A DNA stretch of 40,979 bases from Trypethelium eluteriae (Eukaryota): assembly GCA_051942245.1 (NCBI GenBank), contig JAVECL010000164.1, positions 1 through 40,979 on the forward strand, written 5' to 3'. Position numbers and translations under genes: made by a program. This document shows, piece after piece, positions 11,111-21,511 of the stretch (its first letter is position 1; every line of letters begins with the position of its first letter). A model generated the notes under the pieces. It searched no databases and was not told where the DNA came from. It saw nothing but the letters and a program-made list of their open reading frames with translations.

Positions 11111-12282
11111 TCATATTTCGGTCTTTTGAGTCGTGAAGTCCCAGAGCATCTTGACGAGATTGTCCGGCAGAGTGTAGAGATCGACGTGGAATTCGCCATC
11201 TAAGACATGGCAAGTCAGCTGGTTCAGATCAAAGTTTCGTTTGCAGTGATGGACAGTTCTTTCCCGAAAGTGCTGGGTATGGCCTCTAGCCGGCAGGAGC
11301 TTACTTTCGACGTCATTCTTCGTGTACGTCTCCGGCGATTTGTTGTCATGTACGAGCTGTACAACATGTAGAAGGTCGTCTTCACTTAGCCGCTGCAAGC
11401 CATCTGCTAATTTTTCCATGTCCACCTGTGACACGATCTCGTCAGCAGTGCGTGTCGACAAGAAGATAGTGAGAGCCATACATTTCCCCCTTTCCTGCTG
11501 CGCTTCTTTGTCGACTCACTGGCCTTGTTCCTTGCGCCATTCTCGTCGCCCGTAGGCCCTGTTTCTCTCAAGCGCTCCAGCAACTCCCCCTTCGGATTTC
11601 GGAAAGTCTGTCCCGCCATCAGCACGTCTGAAGAGCGTATTTCAACACGTAGTCGTTCAAATGAGCTCTTACGAGTGTGTGCTTGGCCTCATAGCGCTCG
11701 TTTGTGAAGTTGAGGTCATGTTCGATTGTGTGTTCACCACCTTTATTAATAGCCGTGAGGATGACTGATAGGTCGAATTCACCCCAGCCTTTTTCTTGAA
11801 TCCGGAACGGCGGGTCTCGGAAGGCTAGAGCACACAAACAACGGTCAGCAGGCGTCCAAGGGAATGTTAGGGGGGTTTTCTCTAGAGCGTATTCTAATGA
11901 TTGACAACATGGTATGCGCAACTGAGTGACATACTTTGTGTGGCGCGCTTTCCGAAAGTTGGATGCAGCTTGTATGTGGCCTTCTCGAAGATGTTGGCTT
12001 CAACATCGTTGCCTGTCTCGTCGATCAAGTAAACCTCGATGCTCCATGTTCGCATAGGGTACCCTTCTACTTCCTGAGGCTCGTCACTGTTGACCATGTG
12101 TCAGTGGCTCCGAAAACGGGCTGATGATCATGAAGGAATGGCTGAGGCAAGAAATCTGAGGCGAACGAAATGCGACATACGGTAGGATTCTCTGCTCCGT
12201 GATGAGCTTGAGTGTCCTTTTGACCTGGAGATGATTAGCGAGATATCAAGATAAAATGGGCGTTTCTGCTTACATCTGGCAT
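11111..12282 (-). CDS. TAF14: YEATS + ET domain protein Taf14 (TFIID/TFIIF/SWI-SNF/INO80 subunit), about 230 aa, 7 exons
   Basis: Exons 12282-12274, 12224-12181, 12086-11935, 11824-11673, 11607-11482, 11425-11305, 11199-11111 join in frame. VKRTLKLITEQ, YKLHPTF, PPFRIQEKGWGEF (YEATS); VDMEKLADGLQRLSEDDLLHVVQ…GEFHVDLYTLPD (ET). Confidence 0.96.
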
Positions 12283-12535
12283 GGTCGCGTTCGTAGACTG
12301 GATGCTCTGGTCGCAAAATCTGAATTGGTCCGAACAAGAAAGCGGCAAGGAGGGAGAAGTGAGATCGCGATGAGTTGTGAGTGAGCGAAGGGCTGGAAGT
12401 CCCGCGTTGAAATGGCGGGGAGCTGGGCGCGGCGCAGCCAACCGATATGGAGGACGTTGCGGGAGACACAGCGGACTTAAAACTGCAACCCACTATGGGG
12501 TGAAATAAGAGACCTCGGTGCTATTAGGGGTAATC

Positions 12536-12865
12536 GAATTTTTTACCCTTACGGGTTCGGGGTAGCCCCAGTGAAATCTGTGTACAAGATTGGAGAAAGC
12601 GCTCAGTAGGATATGGAAGAAGAGTCTGTAAGATGTCCTCAATGTTCTGCTGTAAATTTATATATATCCTTATGAGGACCTCAATGAACCAAAAAGCACG
12701 ACCCACAGAAAAATAACAACAACAACGAAATTCAGTATTACTCAATGTAGCCGGATTTTGACTCCTACAGGGTTGGTGAGCTCCACGGTGAAATCTGTGT
12801 ACAAGGGCTAGAAAGAGCGCTCAGTAAGATATCGCGGGAGGGTTTGTAAGGTCTCCATGACCTTT
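12536..12865. repeat. Degenerate intergenic direct repeat (two copies, about 217 bp apart)
   Basis: Identical 18-mer GTGAAATCTGTGTACAAG at 12571 and 12788, each followed by AGCGCTCAGTARGATAT and similar flanks. Confidence 0.8.
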
Positions 12866-13424
12866 TATTTTAATCTTAATGATAATCTTAATGATATACA
12901 ATCGAGAAGGGCCCCAACAGACTTGTAATCCAGAGGTAGTCCGGTTGGGACTCGGTAGACCTACTCACTGGCGAGATCATCAAATCGTCTATGTAATTAG
13001 GCGCAAACTAAACAAGTTCGTAACGAAGCTAGGCACATATTCATACAAGCAGACGCGGGTCGCCATTCGAGGAATCGCAGGGTGTTGGGGTATGCATATC
13101 ACTATCTACGGATTTCTCTGTCTAGAACTGCATGATGTTTGTGCCGAGCCCATTCCTTCGCGAAGCAGCATTGAGCGCCAACGCTCGGCGTAATCTCGAG
13201 GGTCTGGCATCTTCTACACGGGTGCATAGGTTGCTGGGGCCGAAGTCGATGTGAAGGTGCCAATGTCGTTGAAGATCGCCGGTGTGGTAGATTCCTTTCT
13301 GGGTTTGATGGGTGCTATGCGCGCTGATGTTTGAGAAATTGCACATGACTTCTCAGCACATCGCGCAACGGGGAACATGGTGGTGTTCATGGGGAGGGGC
13401 GGTGCTTGCAGGTATGAATACCCT

Positions 13425-14377
13425 TTATTCTTTCGAGAAAAGGGCTTCGTTCTCTTGCTGAGCCTTGATGAATGCCTCTTTGAAGAGGTTTGCGTCTAGG
13501 ATATAGGTTAGCTTTGGTAGTCCTTTCCCTAAGGCTGTTGCTGGTGGGTTTGGAACGTACTTTCGCTGTTTGCAAACCTGATGGCTAGAGTCTGTGCTTC
13601 TGGCTCGCCTTCACTGACATCTGCAGCAGCGTTCCATACCCAACTTCGGTCACTTCCGACATTCGGGGAGAGCTTCATGTCGGGGACGACTGCAGCATCA
13701 TTAGAATGTGACCATTTTGACAAGTAGATTAGTTCACATACCATAGTGGTTCGCGCAAACTTTCAGCGTCTTATCCCTCCTCATGACAAGCCTGGTCTTG
13801 CCATTCTCCTTGTGCTTGAGTAATCTCACGTCACCAGTACCCCGTTCCTTCCATTCACGGCTCTCCCGATCGAACTTGAACAATTTAGCGCGCATCTTGA
13901 AGGTTTGCTCCTCAAGCTCTTCGTTGGTCTTGGTATCGACTTTCTCGGTGAGGTGAACAACAGGTTCAAAGTGAACTTCGGGGGATTCGGGCGCTTCATC
14001 TTCCTGTACGATAACTTAGTACTGTGGTTGATCAGGTGGCCCTGTTGTTGGATGAGAAAGGCTGGGAGCCGTACCTCTCCTTCTTTCTTCTTTGAGCTGC
14101 CCGATGGCTCGTCGACGTCATTTTCCTCTTCCTTCCTCTCCTTCTTAGGTCCGCCACCAAACATGGAAAAGACATTTTCCTTCACTGCGGATGCAGCATT
14201 GGAAGCCTTTTCCGTGACAGTATCGCCTGTATTGCCTTCGACAGTCTTCTCCCCCCCTTCTTTTTGGTCCTCTGTAACGCCCGTTGTGACTTTCTGAGTC
14301 TCCTCTTTGGCAAGCTTAGGCTCTGCAGCGCTGGCTGCTTGTGCTGCAGGGTCGAGTTTTGTGTCCGACTCAGCCAT
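13425..14377 (-). CDS. YRB1: Ran-binding protein 1 (RanBP1), about 254 aa, 4 exons
   Basis: Exons 14377-14075, 14003-13742, 13689-13561, 13495-13425. [24 protein letters not shown]…[15 protein letters not shown]…[43 protein letters not shown]. Confidence 0.97.
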
Positions 14378-14879
14378 GTTTGCAATAAGCGTATGCAAAG
14401 GTGGCTAACTTAGAGATCGATTCAAATGTAAAGTCGTGTAGAAAACACTTGTGCGAATGTAAAGGGGCGCAGGCTTTAAATGAATATTGCGGGTTGTCAG
14501 AGCCCCTCGCATGGTGACAACAATCACTGCGTGGGGCGGTCAAAGCTCCGGCAAAACAAAACACACTCGTTCGTCCGGCCTTCAACACACTCGTAGGTCA
14601 AGGATTTTTTATTGTTTTCCTCACGAACAGCACGTTGGTCTCTTACCCAGAGCCGTCTATCGCAAGTCAATCCATCCATTTCTCAGCAGGCTATCACTGA
14701 AGCTTGATGTAAGCGTCTAACTTGTAAGATACATGCTCATTTCCGTCATTCCCTTCATTTGAGCACCGATTCTCCTAGGACACTACCACAAGACCCATCC
14801 GAAAGCGCCATAAATCAAACCCTAGTTCATGACTTCAATACGCCATTGCCCTCGAGGAAGTCCCAATCCAAATCTTGTC

Positions 14880-17603
14880 CTACGGCGGAGCATGGCCGTT
14901 CGGAGCCTTTCGCTGCTTTGCCGCTTTGCGTAGATTCTCCCTCTGCTCGCGCTTCTTCTTTGCTTCTTCACCCGTCTTTGCATGACCTATAGGATCCGAG
15001 TCCATACGAATAACCCCGTACTCTCGGCTAGCTCGGAGACTGTTGCATCGCATGCCTACGTCCATGAGTGACGCTCCTAGTGCCTTGGAGACTGGCTTCT
15101 TCCCAAACACCTTTTCCCAGACACTGACAGCGCGGTTTCGCATCTTTTCGATTGGTAGACCCTTCCTAGCTACCTCCGCTGGCCATGACGAGGGTCTCTG
15201 AACATTTGCTGTACGCTGACGTAAATGAGTGAGCTTTTTCGACAGGTCCTCCTGAGCCTTGGAAAACCTTGAGGTGAACGGTGCAACTGTTCTGCTTGAG
15301 TCGTACTTCGCCGAAGCCAAGACAGAACGAGCACGCGTCGAGAAACGGCCAAGGACCTGCTGAGGAGATTGCAGGGCTTGACGAGTTCGACTGGAGTTAG
15401 GGAAAATTGCACAGGCGCGAGAGAGCTCCGCTACGGCCTGACTTCTGGCGAACTTCAGGGTTTCCCACGTCGCAGCTCCGGCAGCAAAACTTGCATCGCT
15501 ACCGGATCTTGTTGCTTCAGCAATTGCTGGTCGAAATGTGTCCTTAGCCTCCCGGACGTCCTTGGCAACCTTCGCAATCAATCGACTTGCAATGCCTGAC
15601 AAGGACGATCGGAACGATTCTGTATCTTCCCAGCCTCGACTGAGACCGGCTTCGACCAGTGCGTTCATCGCTGAAGGATTACGCCAAAGAGAACCAAGGT
15701 TCACCATGATACTTTGCCGGATAAGGGGCTTGTCTTTGGTAAAGATTGTGAGATTAACCTGTCCGTAGCTCTGCCCTTGCTTCAAGGTCATCGCATAGTG
15801 CTCAAACGCTAACTTGCTTATGTTTGCGTCTAACGCTTCACCACTCCTGCTGGCATTGACATATAGGTTTGGCGTGTTCTTGAGCCTGGCGAAACTAGTC
15901 GGTGCTTTGATAGCTATAAAATGATCAGCAAATGGGTAAGCTTCAAATTTCTCTGTGCCATTCGCTATAGCCTCGGACAGCCGCAAATAGGCGCCGCGCT
16001 CTATAGTATCTTCTGGAGGTTTCACATTTGACAGTAAGGAGTTGAAAGGTGGAGCGGAGATAGCCGTAGTGGAGTTCGTCAACTTAATGAGAGAGGAGTT
16101 GAGAACCGAAGCTCGCTCAACAGCGGTTTCTTGGATCCGCGGAATTTTCGTCCACCAGTCTGTTCGAAGAATGAAAGAACTCATCGTCGAAAGCGTGATC
16201 AAAGCGATCAGAATTGTCAACATGATTGACAATCGACTGGGAATGGAGGTGAATGGAGACGTGAAAAGCTCAAAGCTGGACTTTTTTCGGCCTATACCTC
16301 GCCGGACCGACTCTAGAAACGACAGATGACGTCCAAGCTGGCCGTTATGAAGTCTCAGGAAAGTATCAACATCCACAGGAGAGATAGCCTCCGCGTTCTT
16401 GCCCATCCTGGCTGTCATTTGGAGAACTCCATCAGAACCAGAATCGAGAGGATCGAGTGCCCATTCAGCCTTGTTTGCGAGATGGATGGCGGGGGTGCCG
16501 CGGTCATAAAGCACTTCTTCAATGTCCCATATCCAGTCATTGTTTCCGTGTCTCGTTTCCGTCTGCCCGACTGCTCCATGGAGAAAAATAGCGAGATGTG
16601 GAGTATGTGGAAGACTTTGAAGTTTATTCATCGAGAGACGCTTGTTTGTTCTCATGTCTACCCACTCATCATTTATTTCCGCTTCCAAAAGTTGTACACG
16701 ACCCTTCCTGTCGCAGACCTTCTTCAATTGTTTGCATGTCTCAACCAATAACTCGGTACCATTGCTCTCGATCACCGCGACATCGGGACAGCTTTCACTT
16801 AATCCGAAAGATCTCATTGGAACAACGTTGAGGCGGGTCGGAGCTGATTGATTCGTCGATTTGAAGGTATAGCCTGTTGCTAGTGCCGAGGCAATCTTGT
16901 GCACCAAAGCCTCCTTTCTTGCATCAGAGAGGTGGCCGACGAACATGACAGAAAAAGAACCCAGTGGGAGAATCGGTTTTTCAGACAGCCTCATTTGTAA
17001 GCCGATAGGTACTTGCGGACTCGGATTCGAGTGCTGAAGGTCCAGGGAAAATTCCTCAGCAAGTGCAGTACCGATCTGCTGCTTCACTAGGGCAGTCCCC
17101 TCATTTTGACCGCTCCTTTCATACCTTGTTGGCTCAGGAAATTGTATGAGTTTCGACTTGGAAGCATTTGTTGGTCGGACCGTTGTAGAACTCTCTTCAA
17201 CAATGTTCCCATCATCCTCCTCGTCATCTTCACTAGGAGCTGGGGTCGGGTAGTCTGAGGGAGGCAGCGAGGTGATCGAAGCCTGGTTATCCACATACTC
17301 TTCCGTATCAGCGACGCTTGAGACTTCGCAGTCTGTAGTGTTCCCTCCACAAGATGGTAGCGATTCAGACTGAACATCTAGTTCATCATCGGAGACAAGA
17401 TTGCGAGGGTCGACGACCTCATAGGTACTATCGGCTAGGGAGCTCTCATGTTCATCCACGGATTTGCTCGATGTGGATGACATGTTGCGTGAGAGAGATA
17501 CGAGCTCGTCCAGACTACGGCCCTCGTAGATCTCTGGAAGGCGTAAGGCCGAGGACTTGAGCTCTGTTTCGATCTTTGGTACGAAATCTTCTGAAGGCTG
17601 CAT
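14880..17603 (-). CDS. Hypothetical single-pass membrane protein, 907 aa
   Basis: Uninterrupted 2.7-kb ATG-started ORF. Acidic/Ser-rich N-terminus, probable alpha/beta domain, one hydrophobic segment (LSIMLTILIALITLSTMSSFIL), C-terminal half with several N-glycosylation sequons. Family not recognised; the start could be the later ATG of MSSTSS. Confidence 0.85.
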   Translation of the reverse strand: MQPSEDFVPKIETELKSSALRLPEIYEGRSLDELVSLSRNMSSTSSKSVDEHESSLADSTYEVVDPRNLVSDDELDVQSESLPSCGGNTTDCEVSSVADTEEYVDNQASITSLPPSDYPTPAPSEDDEEDDGNIVEESSTTVRPTNASKSKLIQFPEPTRYERSGQNEGTALVKQQIGTALAEEFSLDLQHSNPSPQVPIGLQMRLSEKPILPLGSFSVMFVGHLSDARKEALVHKIASALATGYTFKSTNQSAPTRLNVVPMRSFGLSESCPDVAVIESNGTELLVETCKQLKKVCDRKGRVQLLEAEINDEWVDMRTNKRLSMNKLQSLPHTPHLAIFLHGAVGQTETRHGNNDWIWDIEEVLYDRGTPAIHLANKAEWALDPLDSGSDGVLQMTARMGKNAEAISPVDVDTFLRLHNGQLGRHLSFLESVRRGIGRKKSSFELFTSPFTSIPSRLSIMLTILIALITLSTMSSFILRTDWWTKIPRIQETAVERASVLNSSLIKLTNSTTAISAPPFNSLLSNVKPPEDTIERGAYLRLSEAIANGTEKFEAYPFADHFIAIKAPTSFARLKNTPNLYVNASRSGEALDANISKLAFEHYAMTLKQGQSYGQVNLTIFTKDKPLIRQSIMVNLGSLWRNPSAMNALVEAGLSRGWEDTESFRSSLSGIASRLIAKVAKDVREAKDTFRPAIAEATRSGSDASFAAGAATWETLKFARSQAVAELSRACAIFPNSSRTRQALQSPQQVLGRFSTRARSVLASAKYDSSRTVAPFTSRFSKAQEDLSKKLTHLRQRTANVQRPSSWPAEVARKGLPIEKMRNRAVSVWEKVFGKKPVSKALGASLMDVGMRCNSLRASREYGVIRMDSDPIGHAKTGEEAKKKREQRENLRKAAKQRKAPNGHAPP

Positions 17604-18344
17604 GACTATCAGCTTCCGCTGGCGGGGTATGTCAATGTTGGTCAGGTATTTAGAAGGAGGCGTAGCCGAATAGAAGTTCAGGACCTCAGTACCGAGCCTG
17701 TTGCAAAAGGCGTCTTCTTGGGGATGCTGCGGGGACTGCGTAGTGTAAACAACTCACCCAGATAAGACAGACGTGTAATGGTTGCTCCGTAACTGTCTCG
17801 CCTGCACCAATGAAATTCACGGGCTGTGTACAGCTCCTACCACTTGAGGCAGCCTTATCTTAAGTGCTGCGGAGGTAAGAGTTTTTCTTTGCCAGGCCAA
17901 GGCGTGCAGCACGTAATAAATGTGAGGATAAGAAGGAGCAGTAAGGTGTGACAAGGGGAGGAGTGGGCAGGTGGGTAGGCAGCAGCAAGGTGAAGTTAGC
18001 GGAGGGTCACAGGTGGGGCAAACCGCTCGTGCCCTCAGCCCGGAGGAGTTACGTCGGTTTTTCTTGTCGATAAGCTCTTAGGAAGCAGGATAGCATGTAC
18101 TCAAAAAAAGATTGGTATCCAATTATGACTCGAGAGCCTCAAATCCATAAGTTTCTTGGGGAATAATCCTCGTAATGCAGTTCACTATGCAATGCTATAC
18201 CACCGCTCTGAACGCGCCTGCGGACCCTCCGCATACTGAACGCCCAACAGCCAAAAACGCCATGTTTCCTGTTGGAGAAGGCCTTTCAGAGCTCTTCAAC
18301 ATCAGACATAAGTGTACAGGGGTGATTTACAAAGACCACCATGG

Positions 18345-20077
18345 TTATGGTGACGCCCAACCTCCAGCAACTTCTACCCACTCTGGAAGACAACTCCCTT
18401 CTTTGCCCTCCACATCGACAATGTCAGTGTCGCATCGACAGCGACAACCGACGCCATTTTCCTTTTCAGGATCTGGCTGTGCCCAATACTCATCTTCCTC
18501 AAAGCGTTTCTTCTCGTCGAGGGTGGTCTTCTCTAAATATGGAATATGAGGAAGCTGGCGGGCCGGTGCGTTTGCAGGACAGTGCTGTATCGTGGTGTGC
18601 CGATAGCCGAAATCTCGGAAGTAGTGGATATCAGAGGGTGAAAGTAATGCACCGGCGGCCAAGGAATGAATTGGAGCATCACCCCACTAAGCAGAAGAAA
18701 AAGTTAGCGTAGTTGTTAATGATAGAGACTTGTTGAAATATCTCACCCTCTCCATCCAGAAGCCTCCACTCCGGTCCATCATCTCGAAGAACTCATTGTA
18801 TTCCTTGCTCCTGAACCAGTCCAGGCGGGCAATCTCGAAGTTGCTCCAAAAATGACACATATTGTAGACGTCTCCTTCCATAGCTTCTGGATCAGGTTCG
18901 GGTAGCGCCCCAGAACCGGGTTCCGTGTTGAGTATTTCTTCTGGCAAGGGCTTCTTGTACTTCGGATCATCCTTTGGTAGCTCTTTCTCTTCTTCTTCCA
19001 CTGGTGGTTCAATGAACATCTCCCAAAGACCTTGGGAAGCGAGCTTGTTTTTCCTTTTGTATGCGGATGCGTAGCGGAAAATGTTGGGGACCGTCTCCTT
19101 GAGCTCCTTGACAGCTATCGTGAACCCATAGGTCTTGTTGGCCCGCTCCATGTGGATGAAGGGATCACTGTTCATCGTTAACTATTATTCCAGAGAAAGC
19201 AAAGTTTGACATACTAGGTGATGTCACAGAAGTATGTAATTTCTGGCTCAACTCGCCAGTACCATGTATACTTTTGCAGGAGTTCATGCTGGTAAAAGAA
19301 GCTATGACAATATTAGCTGCAAAGATAAATCTGGTTCTCGAATCATATCATACCCGGAATAGAAACGGCACATGTGATGATAGCTCTCCATCCCGCCGTA
19401 CATGATAGCTGCATCGCCTTGTTGCCGTATACCTTCTTTTGCGACGTTTTCATCGACCCAATCAGGGTATCCCCACATGACGGGATCTATCTTTCCAAAC
19501 TCCACTGGCGCACTTGTATGGTTGATGACAGTCTCTTTGAATGTGGAGTTGAAGTCGCCGTCATTCAAGAAAACATAAGGGTAATGAAACCAGCGGTTAA
19601 AGTGTCGCTCGACCGACTTGATGGATTGGATAACGCCCTCCAATTCCCTATTTCTTGCCAATACCACGAATGCCGCATTAGCTCGAGGGCCATTGACAGC
19701 AGGTTCTAAACAGCCGGGCACAAAAACTTTGTCGTATTTCTCACTGATTTTCCTTTGGTCTTCATCAGCATCTTTGCAACTAGTCGCCTCGGGAAAACAT
19801 ACCGTATCGATGGAGGCGTCCCGACAGGAGTAAGGAGATGTCCTGAAGAGGAAGGGTGCTGGATGAAGAGAATGAGTATTAATATTAGAACAAAACATGG
19901 AAAAAGAAGCACAAGTCCAAGGGGTATTGATATCCGCGAATTCGCCTTTAACCGTATGCGCCGACGGAAGAATGCCAATCTTGAAGAGTTCTGTTCTGCG
20001 GACTGTGTAATTTCTTGATATGATGGTAGCCGTGGTGGAAACTGTGCTCTCTTCTTGAGAGTTTGTAACCAGCCCAT
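18345..20077 (-). CDS. Golgi alpha-1,2-mannosyltransferase, glycosyltransferase family 15 (KRE2/MNT1 family, Ktr5-like), about 507 aa, 5 exons
   Basis: Exons 20077-19803, 19752-19354, 19301-19215, 19167-18747, 18686-18345. N-terminal TM anchor; NAAFVVLARN, YPYVFLND, SYHHMCRFYSGFF, YWRVEP, FCDITYDPF, YNMCHFWSNFEI, ERWGDAPIH. Confidence 0.95.
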
Positions 20078-20890
20078 CTGTGTAATCGAGGCACGGCTCC
20101 TCCGCCTCCGTGGCCAGGTAGAAGGTCAAACTCGTATCCGTACTGCAAGCTGACTCTCGCGATGAAAGAAGACTGATCGAAGGAGACTAGACGAATGGGC
20201 TGGGGTTTCAACGATTCCGATGGTGGTCGAGCCGTCAAGGCAATACCGAAGTTTTCGTGAGGTAACGAGCGGCTGGAAGAAAACCCTCCGTGAGGTAACA
20301 AATCTCAAAGCAATCGCATCCACTGCTGAACAGCAATTGCTCAGGTCAAATAAGCAGCAGAACGACGATACAGGCGGCTGGGGAACATGTGAAGTGGGGA
20401 GTGGTGGTGGTGGTTTGGGGGCTGTTTGCGGAGGAGTTGAATTTAGGAGGTCGACGAATTACAGGGGTCTCCGGATTCGCCGCTGAGATGAGCACCTGAG
20501 GATGGAAGCTGCTCATGCGCCTCCTCTTCCCAGTCGCCACTAGCGAATCCCCTGCCACACTCAACTCCCTAACACGCGGCCATCCAATCCGATCCTCTCC
20601 ATTTTTATCATTATTGAAGAGACTGGACGTTGCTGGTTCTGCCGACGCTAAACCCAGCCGTCGTCAGGGAACACGCAATCACTGCCTTCACGTTTCCGTC
20701 ACCGTACGGCGGTAATGATGGTCCCTTGGTTTTGGTATCACACTCACGTGCGATCGTCCTCCTTTCTCCTGTAACGGCGGATTGGTTCCGCGCCATTCTG
20801 GATAGCCAATCAACGCTGCACATACTTCACTGCATGGGCCAATATGAATACGCCTTCATGGTAGTAAATGCGGTTTACCGTTGCATCACA

Positions 20891-21444
20891 ATGCCGACCA
20901 ATCTCAAAAATCTCAGCTATGGTGCGCTTAGATATCTGTGTCCTTTGAAAATCGGAATACTGACGAATAATTAGAATCTAACGAACCGAGTTTCCTCCGC
21001 AAGCTACGAGCAGAAAATACTGGTGTAGCTTCTGATCATCAGGAACGTTCAGTTGCTCGCATAAAGCCTTCTAAAGAAGCCGCTGATGATGATGGACCTA
21101 CCTACGTGCTTGAAGGGAGCAATGATACACTCTCGAAAGCCGAATACGAAGCTCTGACAAATGGACAAGCAAACGAGAATAAGGGTGCGGAGTCCAATTT
21201 ACAGAAATCCGCCGGGGAGGGTGCAGAAACCGGTGACGAGAATGTCCAGGCCGACGAAAAGGACGGACGAGTCTCAAAACAGCAGACTACGGGGATCGGC
21301 AAGAGTCACAAGAAGCGAAAATTGGGCAAAGTAGTAGGCACAGAGGAGATGCAAGAGGAGCCTTCAAAAAAGAAAAAGGATCAAAAGCTAAAGAAGAAAA
21401 CGAAGGCAGTAAAGCTGTCTTTTGGCGATGATGAAGCTGGATGA
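20891..21444 (+). CDS. DUF4604-like small charged protein, about 166 aa, 2 exons
   Basis: Exons 20891-20921 and 20975-21444 give MPTNLKNLSYESNEPSFLRKLR…DDGPTYV…KKKTKAVKLSFGDDE; the LSY/EPSFL start and LSF-DDE end are typical of this family. Confidence 0.8.
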
Positions 21445-21511
21445 ATTGCTACTAGATCGAAGATGTCTATTTCAAACATACGGTCGAAAGAGATACCTTG
21501 ACATGGTTCGA

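Noticed and set aside
12087..12180. Possible box C/D snoRNA in TAF14 intron 2 (ATGATCA…CTGA)
   Set aside because: Box C is imperfect, the CTGA is the branch site, and the spacing is too short.
20126..20323. Putative uORF and CGTGAGGTAAC direct repeat (20256, 20289) in the KTR leader
   Set aside because: The ORF starts with GTG, not ATG; two 11-mers alone are not enough to call a feature.
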